Shown here: in pieces, positions 48,329-57,032 of the stretch | How positions within the stretch are numbered: the first letter of the stretch is position 1 | Layout of the letters: each line of letters starts with the position of its first letter | Assembly (NCBI GenBank): GCA_965215505.1 | Contig: OZ244065.1 | Location: forward strand, 5,504,001-5,568,000 | Length of the DNA: 64,000 nucleotides | From: Capsulimonadaceae bacterium | GTDB taxonomy: Bacteria; Armatimonadota; Armatimonadia; Armatimonadales; Capsulimonadaceae | Direction of reading: 5' to 3' | Notes under the pieces: generated by a model | Seen by the model: the letters and a program-made list of their open reading frames with translations, nothing else | Database searches by the model: none | Told to the model about the DNA's origin: nothing | Made by a program: the position numbers and the translations under genes

Positions 48329-50275
48329 ATGGCCTCTACCACTACCAAGCCGCCGAGCGGACCCGCTGCGCCCCCGCCGGGGGGCGGGAAGAAGCCCCTC
48401 GGAATCGCGGGCGCGACCGGCCTGATGATGGCGATGGTCCTTCTGTCGCGCATCCTCGGCGTCCTGCGCGATGCGATCATCTCCCACTACTTCGGGCGCG
48501 GGCCTCAGACGGACGCCTACAACGCCGCATTCACCGTCCCCGATCTGCTGTTCTATCTGCTGCAAAGCGGCGCGCTGTCGTCCACCGTCGTCCCCATCCT
48601 GACCGAGTACCGGCAGCAGGGGAAGGACAAATCGGCGGACAAAGTGGTCAGCATCGTCGCCTCCGTCATCTTCGTCTTCATCGGCCTGCTGATCTGCGTG
48701 ATGTGGATCTACGCCCGCACGCTGACGATTGCCCTCAACCTGGGCTTCCCGGACTCGACCGTTGACCTCTCCGTGCCGCTGACCCGTGTCCTCCTGCCCG
48801 CCCAGATGTTCTTCTTTATGGGCGGCCTGATGATGGGTGTCCTCTACTCACGCAAGAAATTCTGGGTTCCGGCGTTGGGGCCGGTCATTTATAACTCCGG
48901 CATCATCGTGGGTGGCGTCGTGCTGCGGCACTGGCTGGGCATCCACGGCCTGGTCTGGGGCGCGATCGCGGGCGCGTTCCTGGGAAACTTCCTCATCCCG
49001 TTCCTCGCCGTGCTGCGGCTCGGCGTCCGCATCCGGCCTTCCTTTGATGTCCGCCACCCTGCCGCCATGAAAGTCTGGCGGATGCTGCTGCCCATCGGCC
49101 TGGGCGTCTCGCTCCCGAGCATTGACCAACTGGTCAACAAGGAGTTCGCGTCGTATCTGGGGACGGGGAACACCACGGCGGTCATGAACGCCTACCGGCT
49201 GATGCTTCTTCCCATCGGCCTCTTCGCACAGGCGATGGCCCAGGCCGTCTTCCCAACCCTGTCGGAGCAGGCCGGGATGAAGAACATCACGGCGATGCGC
49301 CGGACGATGAACCAGTCCCTCCGCAACATCCTGTTTCTGACCGTGCCCGCCTCGGCTTTGATGTATTTGCTGTCCGAACCCATCATCACTTTCCTCCTCC
49401 AGAGCGGCAAATACACTCATCTTGACACCCTCGTCACGGCCTCCGTCCTGCGCTGCCTGAGCCTGGGCATCTTCGCCTGGTCCTGCCAGTCGCTCCTGAC
49501 GCGCGGCTTTTACGCCCTGCAAAACTCTAAGGTGCCGGTCATCTCGGGCGCGATCGTCTCCGTTCTGTTCGTCGGCATGAATGTGTGGGTGGTCAAGCCA
49601 GTCATCCGCGTCAAGGCCCGCGTGGAGACGCTGACCCAGCAGGTCGGGGTACTCCAGGAGAACGTCAAGCTGGTCCGGCCCTTCGTCCAGCCCAGTCAGG
49701 ACGCGCTGGCCGCCGTCACCGCCGCACAGACAGGGATGACACAGACCGGCGCGGCGCGAAACTCCGCCGCCGATGCCGTGTCCCAGGACCTTGGCACGGC
49801 CCAGGACCAGCTCACGCAGCTCGCCGCACAGGCCCAGGCGGCGCTGACCGACGCCCAAGCCCGCCTAGACTCACGACAGTACAAACTGGCGCTCGCGCAG
49901 GCCGAGATGGACGCCCGCGCCGCCCGCGCCGTCTGGGAACTCGGCCTGACGACCTCGATCGCCGCCACCATCCACATGGTCGCGCTCTACTTCCTGCTGC
50001 GCCGCCGCCTGACCGGCCTGCACTCCCAGCGGCTGCTTTCCAGCGTGGGCAAAATCCTGATGGCGACTCTGGCCCTGTGCGTCGTCTCCAAGCTTGTTCT
50101 GGCTGTCTGCGAGACGGGCTTTGAAACCTCCCACCTCGCCCCCAAACTGGTCGCCCTCGTCACACTGCTGTTGGCGGGATTGACCGGAGTAGGGGCCTTC
50201 CTGGGGACGGCCCGCGCTCTCAAAATGGGCGAGCTGCAAGCCGCCGTAGACATGATTCGCCGCAAGAGAGGCTGA
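48329..50275 (+). CDS. murJ: Lipid II flippase MurJ with a large helical insertion
   Basis: LSRILGVLRD, DAYNAAF.VPD, GALSS..VP, AYRLM.LPIG.F, FPTLS, RGFYALQ. Confidence 0.92.
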   Translation: MASTTTKPPSGPAAPPPGGGKKPLGIAGATGLMMAMVLLSRILGVLRDAIISHYFGRGPQTDAYNAAFTVPDLLFYLLQSGALSSTVVPILTEYRQQGKDKSADKVVSIVASVIFVFIGLLICVMWIYARTLTIALNLGFPDSTVDLSVPLTRVLLPAQMFFFMGGLMMGVLYSRKKFWVPALGPVIYNSGIIVGGVVLRHWLGIHGLVWGAIAGAFLGNFLIPFLAVLRLGVRIRPSFDVRHPAAMKVWRMLLPIGLGVSLPSIDQLVNKEFASYLGTGNTTAVMNAYRLMLLPIGLFAQAMAQAVFPTLSEQAGMKNITAMRRTMNQSLRNILFLTVPASALMYLLSEPIITFLLQSGKYTHLDTLVTASVLRCLSLGIFAWSCQSLLTRGFYALQNSKVPVISGAIVSVLFVGMNVWVVKPVIRVKARVETLTQQVGVLQENVKLVRPFVQPSQDALAAVTAAQTGMTQTGAARNSAADAVSQDLGTAQDQLTQLAAQAQAALTDAQARLDSRQYKLALAQAEMDARAARAVWELGLTTSIAATIHMVALYFLLRRRLTGLHSQRLLSSVGKILMATLALCVVSKLVLAVCETGFETSHLAPKLVALVTLLLAGLTGVGAFLGTARALKMGELQAAVDMIRRKRG

Positions 50276-50278
50276 CCT

Positions 50279-51817
50279 GTGCATCTTCGCCCCGATCCGC
50301 GCCGCCCGCTCCTGGCACTCGTCCTGCTGCTTACCCTGCTGGGTTCCTGCGTCCGGGCCGACGCCCCGCTCCGGTTCCAGATCACGCTCCCCAAGACACT
50401 GATGCGCGCCGAGGCGGGCGGACGGCTGTTCGTCCTGATGGCACGGACGAAGCCGAAAGACGGCATCCTACGCGTCGGCTTCATTCCGGGCGAGACCTGG
50501 CTGGCCGCCGCCGAGGTCCGTAACCTCACGCCGGGCGGGACGGTCTCGTTTGACCCGGACACGCTGGCCTACCCAAAGCCGTTCTCGCAGGCCGGGCTTG
50601 GGACCTGGTACTGCATGGCCCTGCTGGACCAGGACCACAACTACGCCTACCACGACCAGGATGCGGACGATTACTATGGCCCGCTCGTCACGCTGACGGA
50701 CGCCGACCGTGCCCAGCCCGTCGCCCTCGTTTTGGATCGCCAGGGCAAGCCCGATGCGCCCGCCGATACGCCGTCCATCAAGCGCATGGAGTTCACGAGT
50801 CCGCTCCTGTCGGCCTTCTGGGGCCGCCCCATCGTCATGCGCGCGGGCGTCGTCCTGCCTCCTGACTATGACAAGGACCCGAAGCGCGTTTATCCGACCG
50901 TCTACCACGTTGACGGCTACGGTGGCGACTACACCAGCGCGTGGCAGGCCGGCCCGCTCTACCTGAAGCAGATAGCCGCGGGCCAGAGGTCTTCTTTCGT
51001 CCACGTCTTTTTGGACCCCTCGTTCCCGACCGGCCACACCGTCTTCGCCGACTCGGTCAACAACGGCCCGTGGGGCAAGGCGCTGACACAGGACCTCATT
51101 CCCGCGCTAGAAGCCAAGTACAGGCTGGCCCCGGACCCGGCTCTGCGGTTCCTGACGGGCCACTCGTCGGGCGGGTGGAGCACGCTCTGGCTCCAGACCA
51201 CCTACCCCGACTTCTTCGGCGGGACCTGGTCCACGTCGCCCGATCCCGTGGACCTCCGCTCCTTCACCGGCGTCAATGCCACGCCCGGTTCCACCGACAA
51301 CTTCTACACCAAGCCGGACGGCACCCCGCGCAACCTCGTCCGCCTGGGCGGTAGGGACATCGCCAGCATGGAGCAGTTCGCGCGCCAGGAGCGGGTGCAG
51401 GGGGACTACGGCGGGCAGTTCGCCTCGTTCGAGTGGGTCTGGAGTCCGCGCGGAGAGGACGGCCGGCCCCTCCCGCTGTTCGACCGCGAGACGGGCCGCC
51501 TTGACCCCGCCGTGCTGCAAGCCTGGCAACGCTACGACATCCGGCGCAATCTGGAAACGAACTGGCCGACACTGGAGCCGAAGCTGCGCGGCAAGCTGCA
51601 CGTCTTCGTCGGCAGCTTGGACACCTTCCATCTGGAGGAGGGCGTCGCCTACCTACAAGACTTCTTCAAGCGCGTCGGCAGTGACGCCGTCTGCGAGGTC
51701 ATCCCCGGACGCAGCCACTTCGACCTGTACCGACCCTACACGACCTACCCCGATGGATTGGCCGCGCGCATAGACAGAGAGATGGCGGCGGCAACCAGGG
51801 CGCACCGGGTACAATAA
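50279..51817 (+). CDS. Secreted alpha/beta hydrolase (Fes-like esterase family)
   Basis: Signal peptide; SPLLS.FWG, FADSVNNGPWG, GHSSGGW nucleophile elbow. Confidence 0.85.
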   Translation: MHLRPDPRRPLLALVLLLTLLGSCVRADAPLRFQITLPKTLMRAEAGGRLFVLMARTKPKDGILRVGFIPGETWLAAAEVRNLTPGGTVSFDPDTLAYPKPFSQAGLGTWYCMALLDQDHNYAYHDQDADDYYGPLVTLTDADRAQPVALVLDRQGKPDAPADTPSIKRMEFTSPLLSAFWGRPIVMRAGVVLPPDYDKDPKRVYPTVYHVDGYGGDYTSAWQAGPLYLKQIAAGQRSSFVHVFLDPSFPTGHTVFADSVNNGPWGKALTQDLIPALEAKYRLAPDPALRFLTGHSSGGWSTLWLQTTYPDFFGGTWSTSPDPVDLRSFTGVNATPGSTDNFYTKPDGTPRNLVRLGGRDIASMEQFARQERVQGDYGGQFASFEWVWSPRGEDGRPLPLFDRETGRLDPAVLQAWQRYDIRRNLETNWPTLEPKLRGKLHVFVGSLDTFHLEEGVAYLQDFFKRVGSDAVCEVIPGRSHFDLYRPYTTYPDGLAARIDREMAAATRAHRVQ

Positions 51818-51821
51818 TCCT

Positions 51822-52976
51822 ATGGACATCTTCGAGCGGTTCAATTCCAAGTTCGGCAAGTGGTACGAGGGCCTGTTCGGCGGGGACGCGGGCGAGCTTC
51901 GGCCCAAGGACGTGCTTCGCAAGATCATCGCCGCGATGGAGGACAACCGCAAGGAGGGCTTCGACAGCAAGGTCTACGTCCCGAACAAGTACATCTTGGA
52001 GCTTGCCGTGGACGACCCCGAGGAGCGCGAGTACCTGCTGTCGTTCCTCGACGAAGAAGAATTAGTCGTCGTCCTGCAAAAGTTCATGGCCCAGAACGGC
52101 TACAAGACGCGCGGCCCGCTCGACTTCACCATCGCCGAGGTCTCCGAAGCCGAGCGCGAGGCCCGTCGCGAGAAGCTGCGGGTCCGGGTGCGCTATGAGA
52201 AGGGCGAACTGGCGCCGAAAGCCGCGCCCGCCGTCCCGCCCGCGCCCGCCTCCGTCGTTCCCGCCGAGGACGACCTGCCGACTGTCGCCGGCTTCGACCC
52301 GGACGAAGAAGAAGCCGGGACCGTGCCCGCCGTCGCCTGGGCGTCCCTGGCCGTCACCGCCCCCGACGGCAGGCGCAGCCACATTAGCCTGACCAAGCCG
52401 GCCTTCCAGATCGGACGCTCGCGCAACGGCGGCAATGACCTCGTCCTGGACGCCGACGGCATGGCCTCCAAGGCGCACGCCCGATTGGAGCGCGAGCGCG
52501 ACGGGTCCTGGACGCTCTACGACCTGGGCAGCACGAACGGCATCAAGGTCGGCGGCCTCCGCGTGGACAGCAACCGCGTCCTGCACGACGGCGACGAGAT
52601 CACGGTCGGCGCGACCAACATGGTCTTCAGCCAGGCCGATGCCCGCACCGCCGACGCCCCGGCTCCCGCCGCGCCCCTGCGCCGCGCCCGCCTCGTCGGC
52701 GCGGACGGCGAGGCCCACGTCCTCGCCTCCGAAACCCTAATCGGTCGGGCCTTCACCTGCGACATCATCCTGTCCGACCCATCCGTCGCCACCAAGCACG
52801 CCCGCATCATCGCCCCCGACGCCGCTACCTACCTGCTCGAAGACCTGAGCGGCGGCGGCGACACGGCCGTCAACGGCCGCGCCCTCCCGGCGGGCCGCCG
52901 CCTGCCCCTCACCGACGGCGACGCGCTGCGCTTCGGCGACGCCGAACTGCGCTTCGTGGCAGGCGGCGCGGTCTGA
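51822..52976 (+). CDS. FhaA-like protein: DUF3662 + two FHA domains
   Basis: L.P.D...K....MED, VPNKY; IGRS..NDLVL....SK.HA, DLGSTNG; second IGR...CDI.L.D.SV..KHA. Confidence 0.85.
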   Translation: MDIFERFNSKFGKWYEGLFGGDAGELRPKDVLRKIIAAMEDNRKEGFDSKVYVPNKYILELAVDDPEEREYLLSFLDEEELVVVLQKFMAQNGYKTRGPLDFTIAEVSEAEREARREKLRVRVRYEKGELAPKAAPAVPPAPASVVPAEDDLPTVAGFDPDEEEAGTVPAVAWASLAVTAPDGRRSHISLTKPAFQIGRSRNGGNDLVLDADGMASKAHARLERERDGSWTLYDLGSTNGIKVGGLRVDSNRVLHDGDEITVGATNMVFSQADARTADAPAPAAPLRRARLVGADGEAHVLASETLIGRAFTCDIILSDPSVATKHARIIAPDAATYLLEDLSGGGDTAVNGRALPAGRRLPLTDGDALRFGDAELRFVAGGAV

Positions 52977-52986
52977 GAGGCAACCC

Positions 52987-53085
52987 ATGAACATCCTGTT
53001 AGGCCTTCTCCACTATGCCTTCCTCGCCCTCCTGGTCCTGCTGCTCCTCTACATCCTCGCCCTCGTCCGGCGGCATTTAGACTAG
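52987..53085 (+). CDS. 32-aa single-pass membrane microprotein (resembles the FhaB N-terminal helix)
   Basis: GAGAGG RBS; MNILLGLLHYAFLALLVLLLLYILALVRRHLD*; host-like codon usage; below the ORF-track size cut-off. Confidence 0.65.
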   Translation: MNILLGLLHYAFLALLVLLLLYILALVRRHLD

Positions 53086-56000
53086 GACGGGTCTTCCCCC
53101 AGAGCAAACGCCACCGCCTGCTCCCACGTCATCGCCCGGCCCGCCGCCCAAGCCGTGTCGAATGCCTCCGAAGCCATTGCTTTCCGCGCCCCCAATATGG
53201 CTTGTTCTCTGGGTGCGTCTTCATTCGGCGGTCGTCGGTAGCCGACGAGTTCCGACATCATCTCCTCTGCGCCCCATAGCCGTGCCGCACGGTGATACCC
53301 TCCTTCCGCCGCCGCGAGGAAAGCGATCTCTCCTAACGAGTTAGCAACGTCTGATCTTTCCTCTAGCTGTTGGTGCAGTACCAAGCCTTCTATTAAAAGT
53401 TTTTCCGACTCGGCGAACCGCTCTTGCTGACGGGCAACGCTCCCCAAGTTGCTCAGGAGCGTGGCGACCCCGGATTTGCCCCCGAACACCCGGAGCAGAG
53501 CCAAACAACGTTCCATCAGCTTTCTGGCCTCTTCAAAGTCGCCCTCATTGTATGCGAGCGTAGCGAGTCCATTGAGAATATCCGCAACCCCGTATTTGTC
53601 GCCAACGTCCTGGGACAGAGCTAGACTCTGGTTATATAGATACCTGGCTGCCCCATAATCGCCCTGCACCCGAGCCAAGCTACCCAGACTGCTCAATGAG
53701 TGAGCGGTGCCTCTCTTTTGACCCAGCGCCAGCCACAACGCTAAACTTTTTTCATGAAGTAGTTTAGCGTCCTCAAAGCGGCCCTGCTTATAGGCCAATT
53801 CTCCCAACTGGCTCAAGGAATTGCCGATGCCCACAACGTCTCCGAGCTTCCGCCTTAATGTGAGGCTTTCTTGTTGCATTTCAATGGCAACGGGATAATT
53901 GTCCTGATTTTGATGGACAACTGCTAGGCCGTACAAGGCGGTGGCGATCCCGTAGTCATATCCCAGATCGTGGGAGAGTTCCAGACTTTTCTGATGCCAT
54001 TCCAATGCTTCTTCCCAGTCACCTAGATGCTCGACCACGCTCCCAAGACTGAAGAGCGCGTCTGCAACACTCTGTTGATCCCCTTGTCTGACCTGTAAGG
54101 CCAGACCTTCCTCGAATAACTTCCGAGCCTCCGCTAAAGCCCCTTGGGCCTGAGCAAGAGCGCCTGTCTTCATCAGCACCCTGGCCTGAACCTCTTCCGA
54201 GATGATTGCATCGTTTGCCACGTCTCGCTCAAGCCATCGCCGACCTTCTTCCAGATAGCCGCGCACCCACCAGAACCGCTGCAAGGCACATGCGAGGCGC
54301 AGCCCCGCCTCGTCTGCCCGCCATTCTAGGGCGGCACGGAGGTTGTCATGCTCCGTCCCCAATCGATCCAGCCAGTTCTTCTGTTCCGGCCCCCGCAATT
54401 GCGGCGCGGCATTCTCTGCAAGCGTAAGGAAAAAGTTTCGGTGGCGTCGGCGTGTTTCTCCCCACGCTCCTCGTTCGCGCAGCCTGTCTCCGGCGTAGTG
54501 CCGCACCGTTTCCAGCATCCGGTAGCGGCCCGAGGCGGCCTCAAAAACGACCAGGCTCTTGTCTACCAGTGAGGTTAATAGGTCGAGGACAGGCCCGCCA
54601 TCGGCACCCTCGGAAGTCCCTACCGTCTCCGCCGCGTCTAGAGTCCACCCGCCCGCAAACACGGACAGGCGGCAGAGCAGAAGCCTCTCGGGTTCAGTGA
54701 GTAGGTCATACGACCAGTCAATGACCGCCCGCAGTGTTTTGTGGCGTGCGGGCGACTCGCGCCGACCGTTTGTGAGCAGGCCGAACCGGTCCGACAGCAT
54801 CTCGGCGATCCGCTCCAGCGGCAGCGCCTTGACGCGCGCCGCCGCTAATTCCAGGGCTAGCGGGATGCCATCTAGGGCGGCGCAGATGGCGGCGACCGGC
54901 CGGACATTCTCAGGCTCCAGCGCGAACCGCCGGAACTGGAACACGCGGTCAACGAGAAGGCGCGCGGCGTCATAGCCGAGCAGCGCGGCTACCGGGTCTG
55001 TAGTGCCGGCGGGGAGGAAGTCGGGGGCGGGGAAGGGGAGCGGCGACACAGGGTAAAGATGCTCGCCGTCAATGTTGAGTGGCTTCCGACTGGTCGCCAG
55101 GACGGAAAGGTCTGGACAGGCGTAAAGGAGCCGGGCGACGAACGTTCCGCAGTCAACAGTCTCCGAGCGGCCGTCGAGGAGCAGGTGTTCGCAGTTGTCC
55201 AGGAGGAGCAAGGTTTGCTTGCCCTGGAGGAAGGTGATTAGCGCCTCGGTAACGCTGACGCCTTTCTGTTCCGTCACGCTCAGCGCCGTCGCGACGGCCT
55301 GGGGCACTTGGTCTGAGGCGGTTAGGGCGGCCAGTTCAACCAGCCGTATGCCCTTCCAGTCGCCGAGCAGTTCCCAGGCCGTCTGTACGGCGAGCCGCGT
55401 TTTGCCGCAGCCGCCCATCCCCGTCAGCGTCACCAGCCGCCCGGACAGCAGCAGGTTTCGGATGTCTCGCCTTTCCTGCTCCCGCCCGACGAAACTAGTG
55501 ACGGGGGAGGGAAGGTTATGCGACGGGGGCGACGGAACGATGTCGGCGGCCCCCTCAAATTGTGGTGAGGTCGGCGGCAAATAGGACGCGCGGGCGCGGA
55601 GGCTCCCTAGCGTCAGCGGGAATTGGCGCAAGGCTTCCAGTTCCGGCGCATCCAGACGGCCTTCGGCCCCTTGAAGTCGGCCGACAGCCCGGTCCAGCAG
55701 CGGCAGGACTTTGGTGCGGTAGGAATAGACTTCGTTCGCCCGCCCGTTGGCGCGGGCGTTCTCCATCAGGACGAGCAGGCTGTCGGCCCGCCCGCACAGG
55801 GCGGCCAGATAGCCAGCGTCCAGGTGCGCCCCGGCCCGCCGGAACTCGGGGCGCTGGAGCCACGGGTAGGCCATCCCCTCCAGGAGCGGGCGGGCGGCCA
55901 GCGCCATGATCTTTTCCTGACTCGCCGGTCCGTGCAGGTTCTTCGCGGCTTCCAGCAGCTCCGCCACGTCAATGTCCAGATGACGCCAGGTGACGCGCGC

Positions 56001-56408
56001 CACGCCCCGTTCGCGGCTCTCCCCATCCGGGAGCAGGCGGAACGACAAGGGCGGGTCCGACGCCCCGCGCGGGTGCATCCGGTTCAGCAGGTAGCCCACC
56101 CGGTCCCGCGCCGCCTGTTGAGGGTCTATTGTCGGCTCCGTGTTCGGGCGATCCTTCGGGATGTAACCGTTCGGGATCAGAGTCTCGACTAGCCACTCGC
56201 GCCGCACCTCGTACCCGGCGTGGCCCTGCGAGTCTCTTATCTCCCGCCACACCCCGTCCGGCGGCAGGAGCAAGGTGCCGATGATTAGCAGGGCCAGCAG
56301 CTCCCTTTCCGCACCTTCAAGCGACACCTCCGGCCCGTCCGCCCCCGCCCGGATGCGCGGCGGACCCATCAGACAGACGCGCGTTCTTTCCTGTATCTCT
56401 TCAGGCAT
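53082..56408 (-). CDS. STAND-class ATPase + TPR repeats with a divergent SARP-like N-terminus (AfsR-like regulator); start uncertain
   Basis: HNLP..VTSFVGRE, GMGGCGKT, LLLDNCEH, LATSR, LDGIPLALELAA, DWSYDLL, LSVFAGG; about 8 TPR units. Confidence 0.85.
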   Translation of the reverse strand: MPEEIQERTRVCLMGPPRIRAGADGPEVSLEGAERELLALLIIGTLLLPPDGVWREIRDSQGHAGYEVRREWLVETLIPNGYIPKDRPNTEPTIDPQQAARDRVGYLLNRMHPRGASDPPLSFRLLPDGESRERGVARVTWRHLDIDVAELLEAAKNLHGPASQEKIMALAARPLLEGMAYPWLQRPEFRRAGAHLDAGYLAALCGRADSLLVLMENARANGRANEVYSYRTKVLPLLDRAVGRLQGAEGRLDAPELEALRQFPLTLGSLRARASYLPPTSPQFEGAADIVPSPPSHNLPSPVTSFVGREQERRDIRNLLLSGRLVTLTGMGGCGKTRLAVQTAWELLGDWKGIRLVELAALTASDQVPQAVATALSVTEQKGVSVTEALITFLQGKQTLLLLDNCEHLLLDGRSETVDCGTFVARLLYACPDLSVLATSRKPLNIDGEHLYPVSPLPFPAPDFLPAGTTDPVAALLGYDAARLLVDRVFQFRRFALEPENVRPVAAICAALDGIPLALELAAARVKALPLERIAEMLSDRFGLLTNGRRESPARHKTLRAVIDWSYDLLTEPERLLLCRLSVFAGGWTLDAAETVGTSEGADGGPVLDLLTSLVDKSLVVFEAASGRYRMLETVRHYAGDRLRERGAWGETRRRHRNFFLTLAENAAPQLRGPEQKNWLDRLGTEHDNLRAALEWRADEAGLRLACALQRFWWVRGYLEEGRRWLERDVANDAIISEEVQARVLMKTGALAQAQGALAEARKLFEEGLALQVRQGDQQSVADALFSLGSVVEHLGDWEEALEWHQKSLELSHDLGYDYGIATALYGLAVVHQNQDNYPVAIEMQQESLTLRRKLGDVVGIGNSLSQLGELAYKQGRFEDAKLLHEKSLALWLALGQKRGTAHSLSSLGSLARVQGDYGAARYLYNQSLALSQDVGDKYGVADILNGLATLAYNEGDFEEARKLMERCLALLRVFGGKSGVATLLSNLGSVARQQERFAESEKLLIEGLVLHQQLEERSDVANSLGEIAFLAAAEGGYHRAARLWGAEEMMSELVGYRRPPNEDAPREQAILGARKAMASEAFDTAWAAGRAMTWEQAVAFALGEDPS

Positions 56409-56479
56409 CTTTCGGTCCACTCCACAGGGTGTAAGATGCTCCATACAACTGAGCCTGCTCCCATTATACACCAGATTTG

Positions 56480-56531
56480 TCCGTTAGCACCCAAGCCGCT
56501 CCGTTAGCGCCGCCGCAACTCTGTTAGCGCC
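56480..56531. promoter_or_regulatory. Three 12-bp direct repeats with exact 20-bp period (putative operator)
   Basis: TCCGTTAGCACC (56480), TCCGTTAGCGCC (56500), TCTGTTAGCGCC (56520) in a divergent intergenic region. Confidence 0.7.
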
Positions 56532-56631
56532 CCCGCCGTCCCGCTATCCTTGCAGTGTCCCGGCCTCCGTGTCATCCTAACCCCATTCACAGGCTGGCGG
56601 ATCAACCGCCTCACGAAAAGGAGAAACGCAG

Positions 56632-56997
56632 ATGAACGAGTTCTTAGGGTTCCGCAAGATGATCACGCCGCTCGTGATCCAGATCGTCTTCTGGATCGGG
56701 GTCGCCGTCTCGGTCATGGCCGGGATCGGCCTGATGATCGCCGGGGCCGCCGCCTCGGCGGAGATGAACCGCTATGGCGGCGGCGGGGCGGGCCTCCCCG
56801 GCGGCCTGCTCGTCTTCGCCGGGCTGGTGGAGATGTTCGTCGGCCCCGTGCTGGTCCGCATCTCGTGCGAACTCACGATGGTCTTTTTCCGCATCTACGA
56901 GACGCTGATCGAGCTTCGCGACGACGGCCGGGGAAAAGTCCCGGCGGCGTCCGCGCACACCTACCCGCAGGCCCAAACGGCCTATACCAATCTGTAA
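56632..56997 (+). CDS. DUF4282 family membrane protein
   Basis: AAAGGAG RBS; FLGF.KMITP..IQ..FWIG, R..CE..MV.FRI.E.L. Confidence 0.85.
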   Translation: MNEFLGFRKMITPLVIQIVFWIGVAVSVMAGIGLMIAGAAASAEMNRYGGGGAGLPGGLLVFAGLVEMFVGPVLVRISCELTMVFFRIYETLIELRDDGRGKVPAASAHTYPQAQTAYTNL

Positions 56998-57032
56998 CAA
57001 TCGCCGGAACGACTAAACGAAAGGGAATCCTC

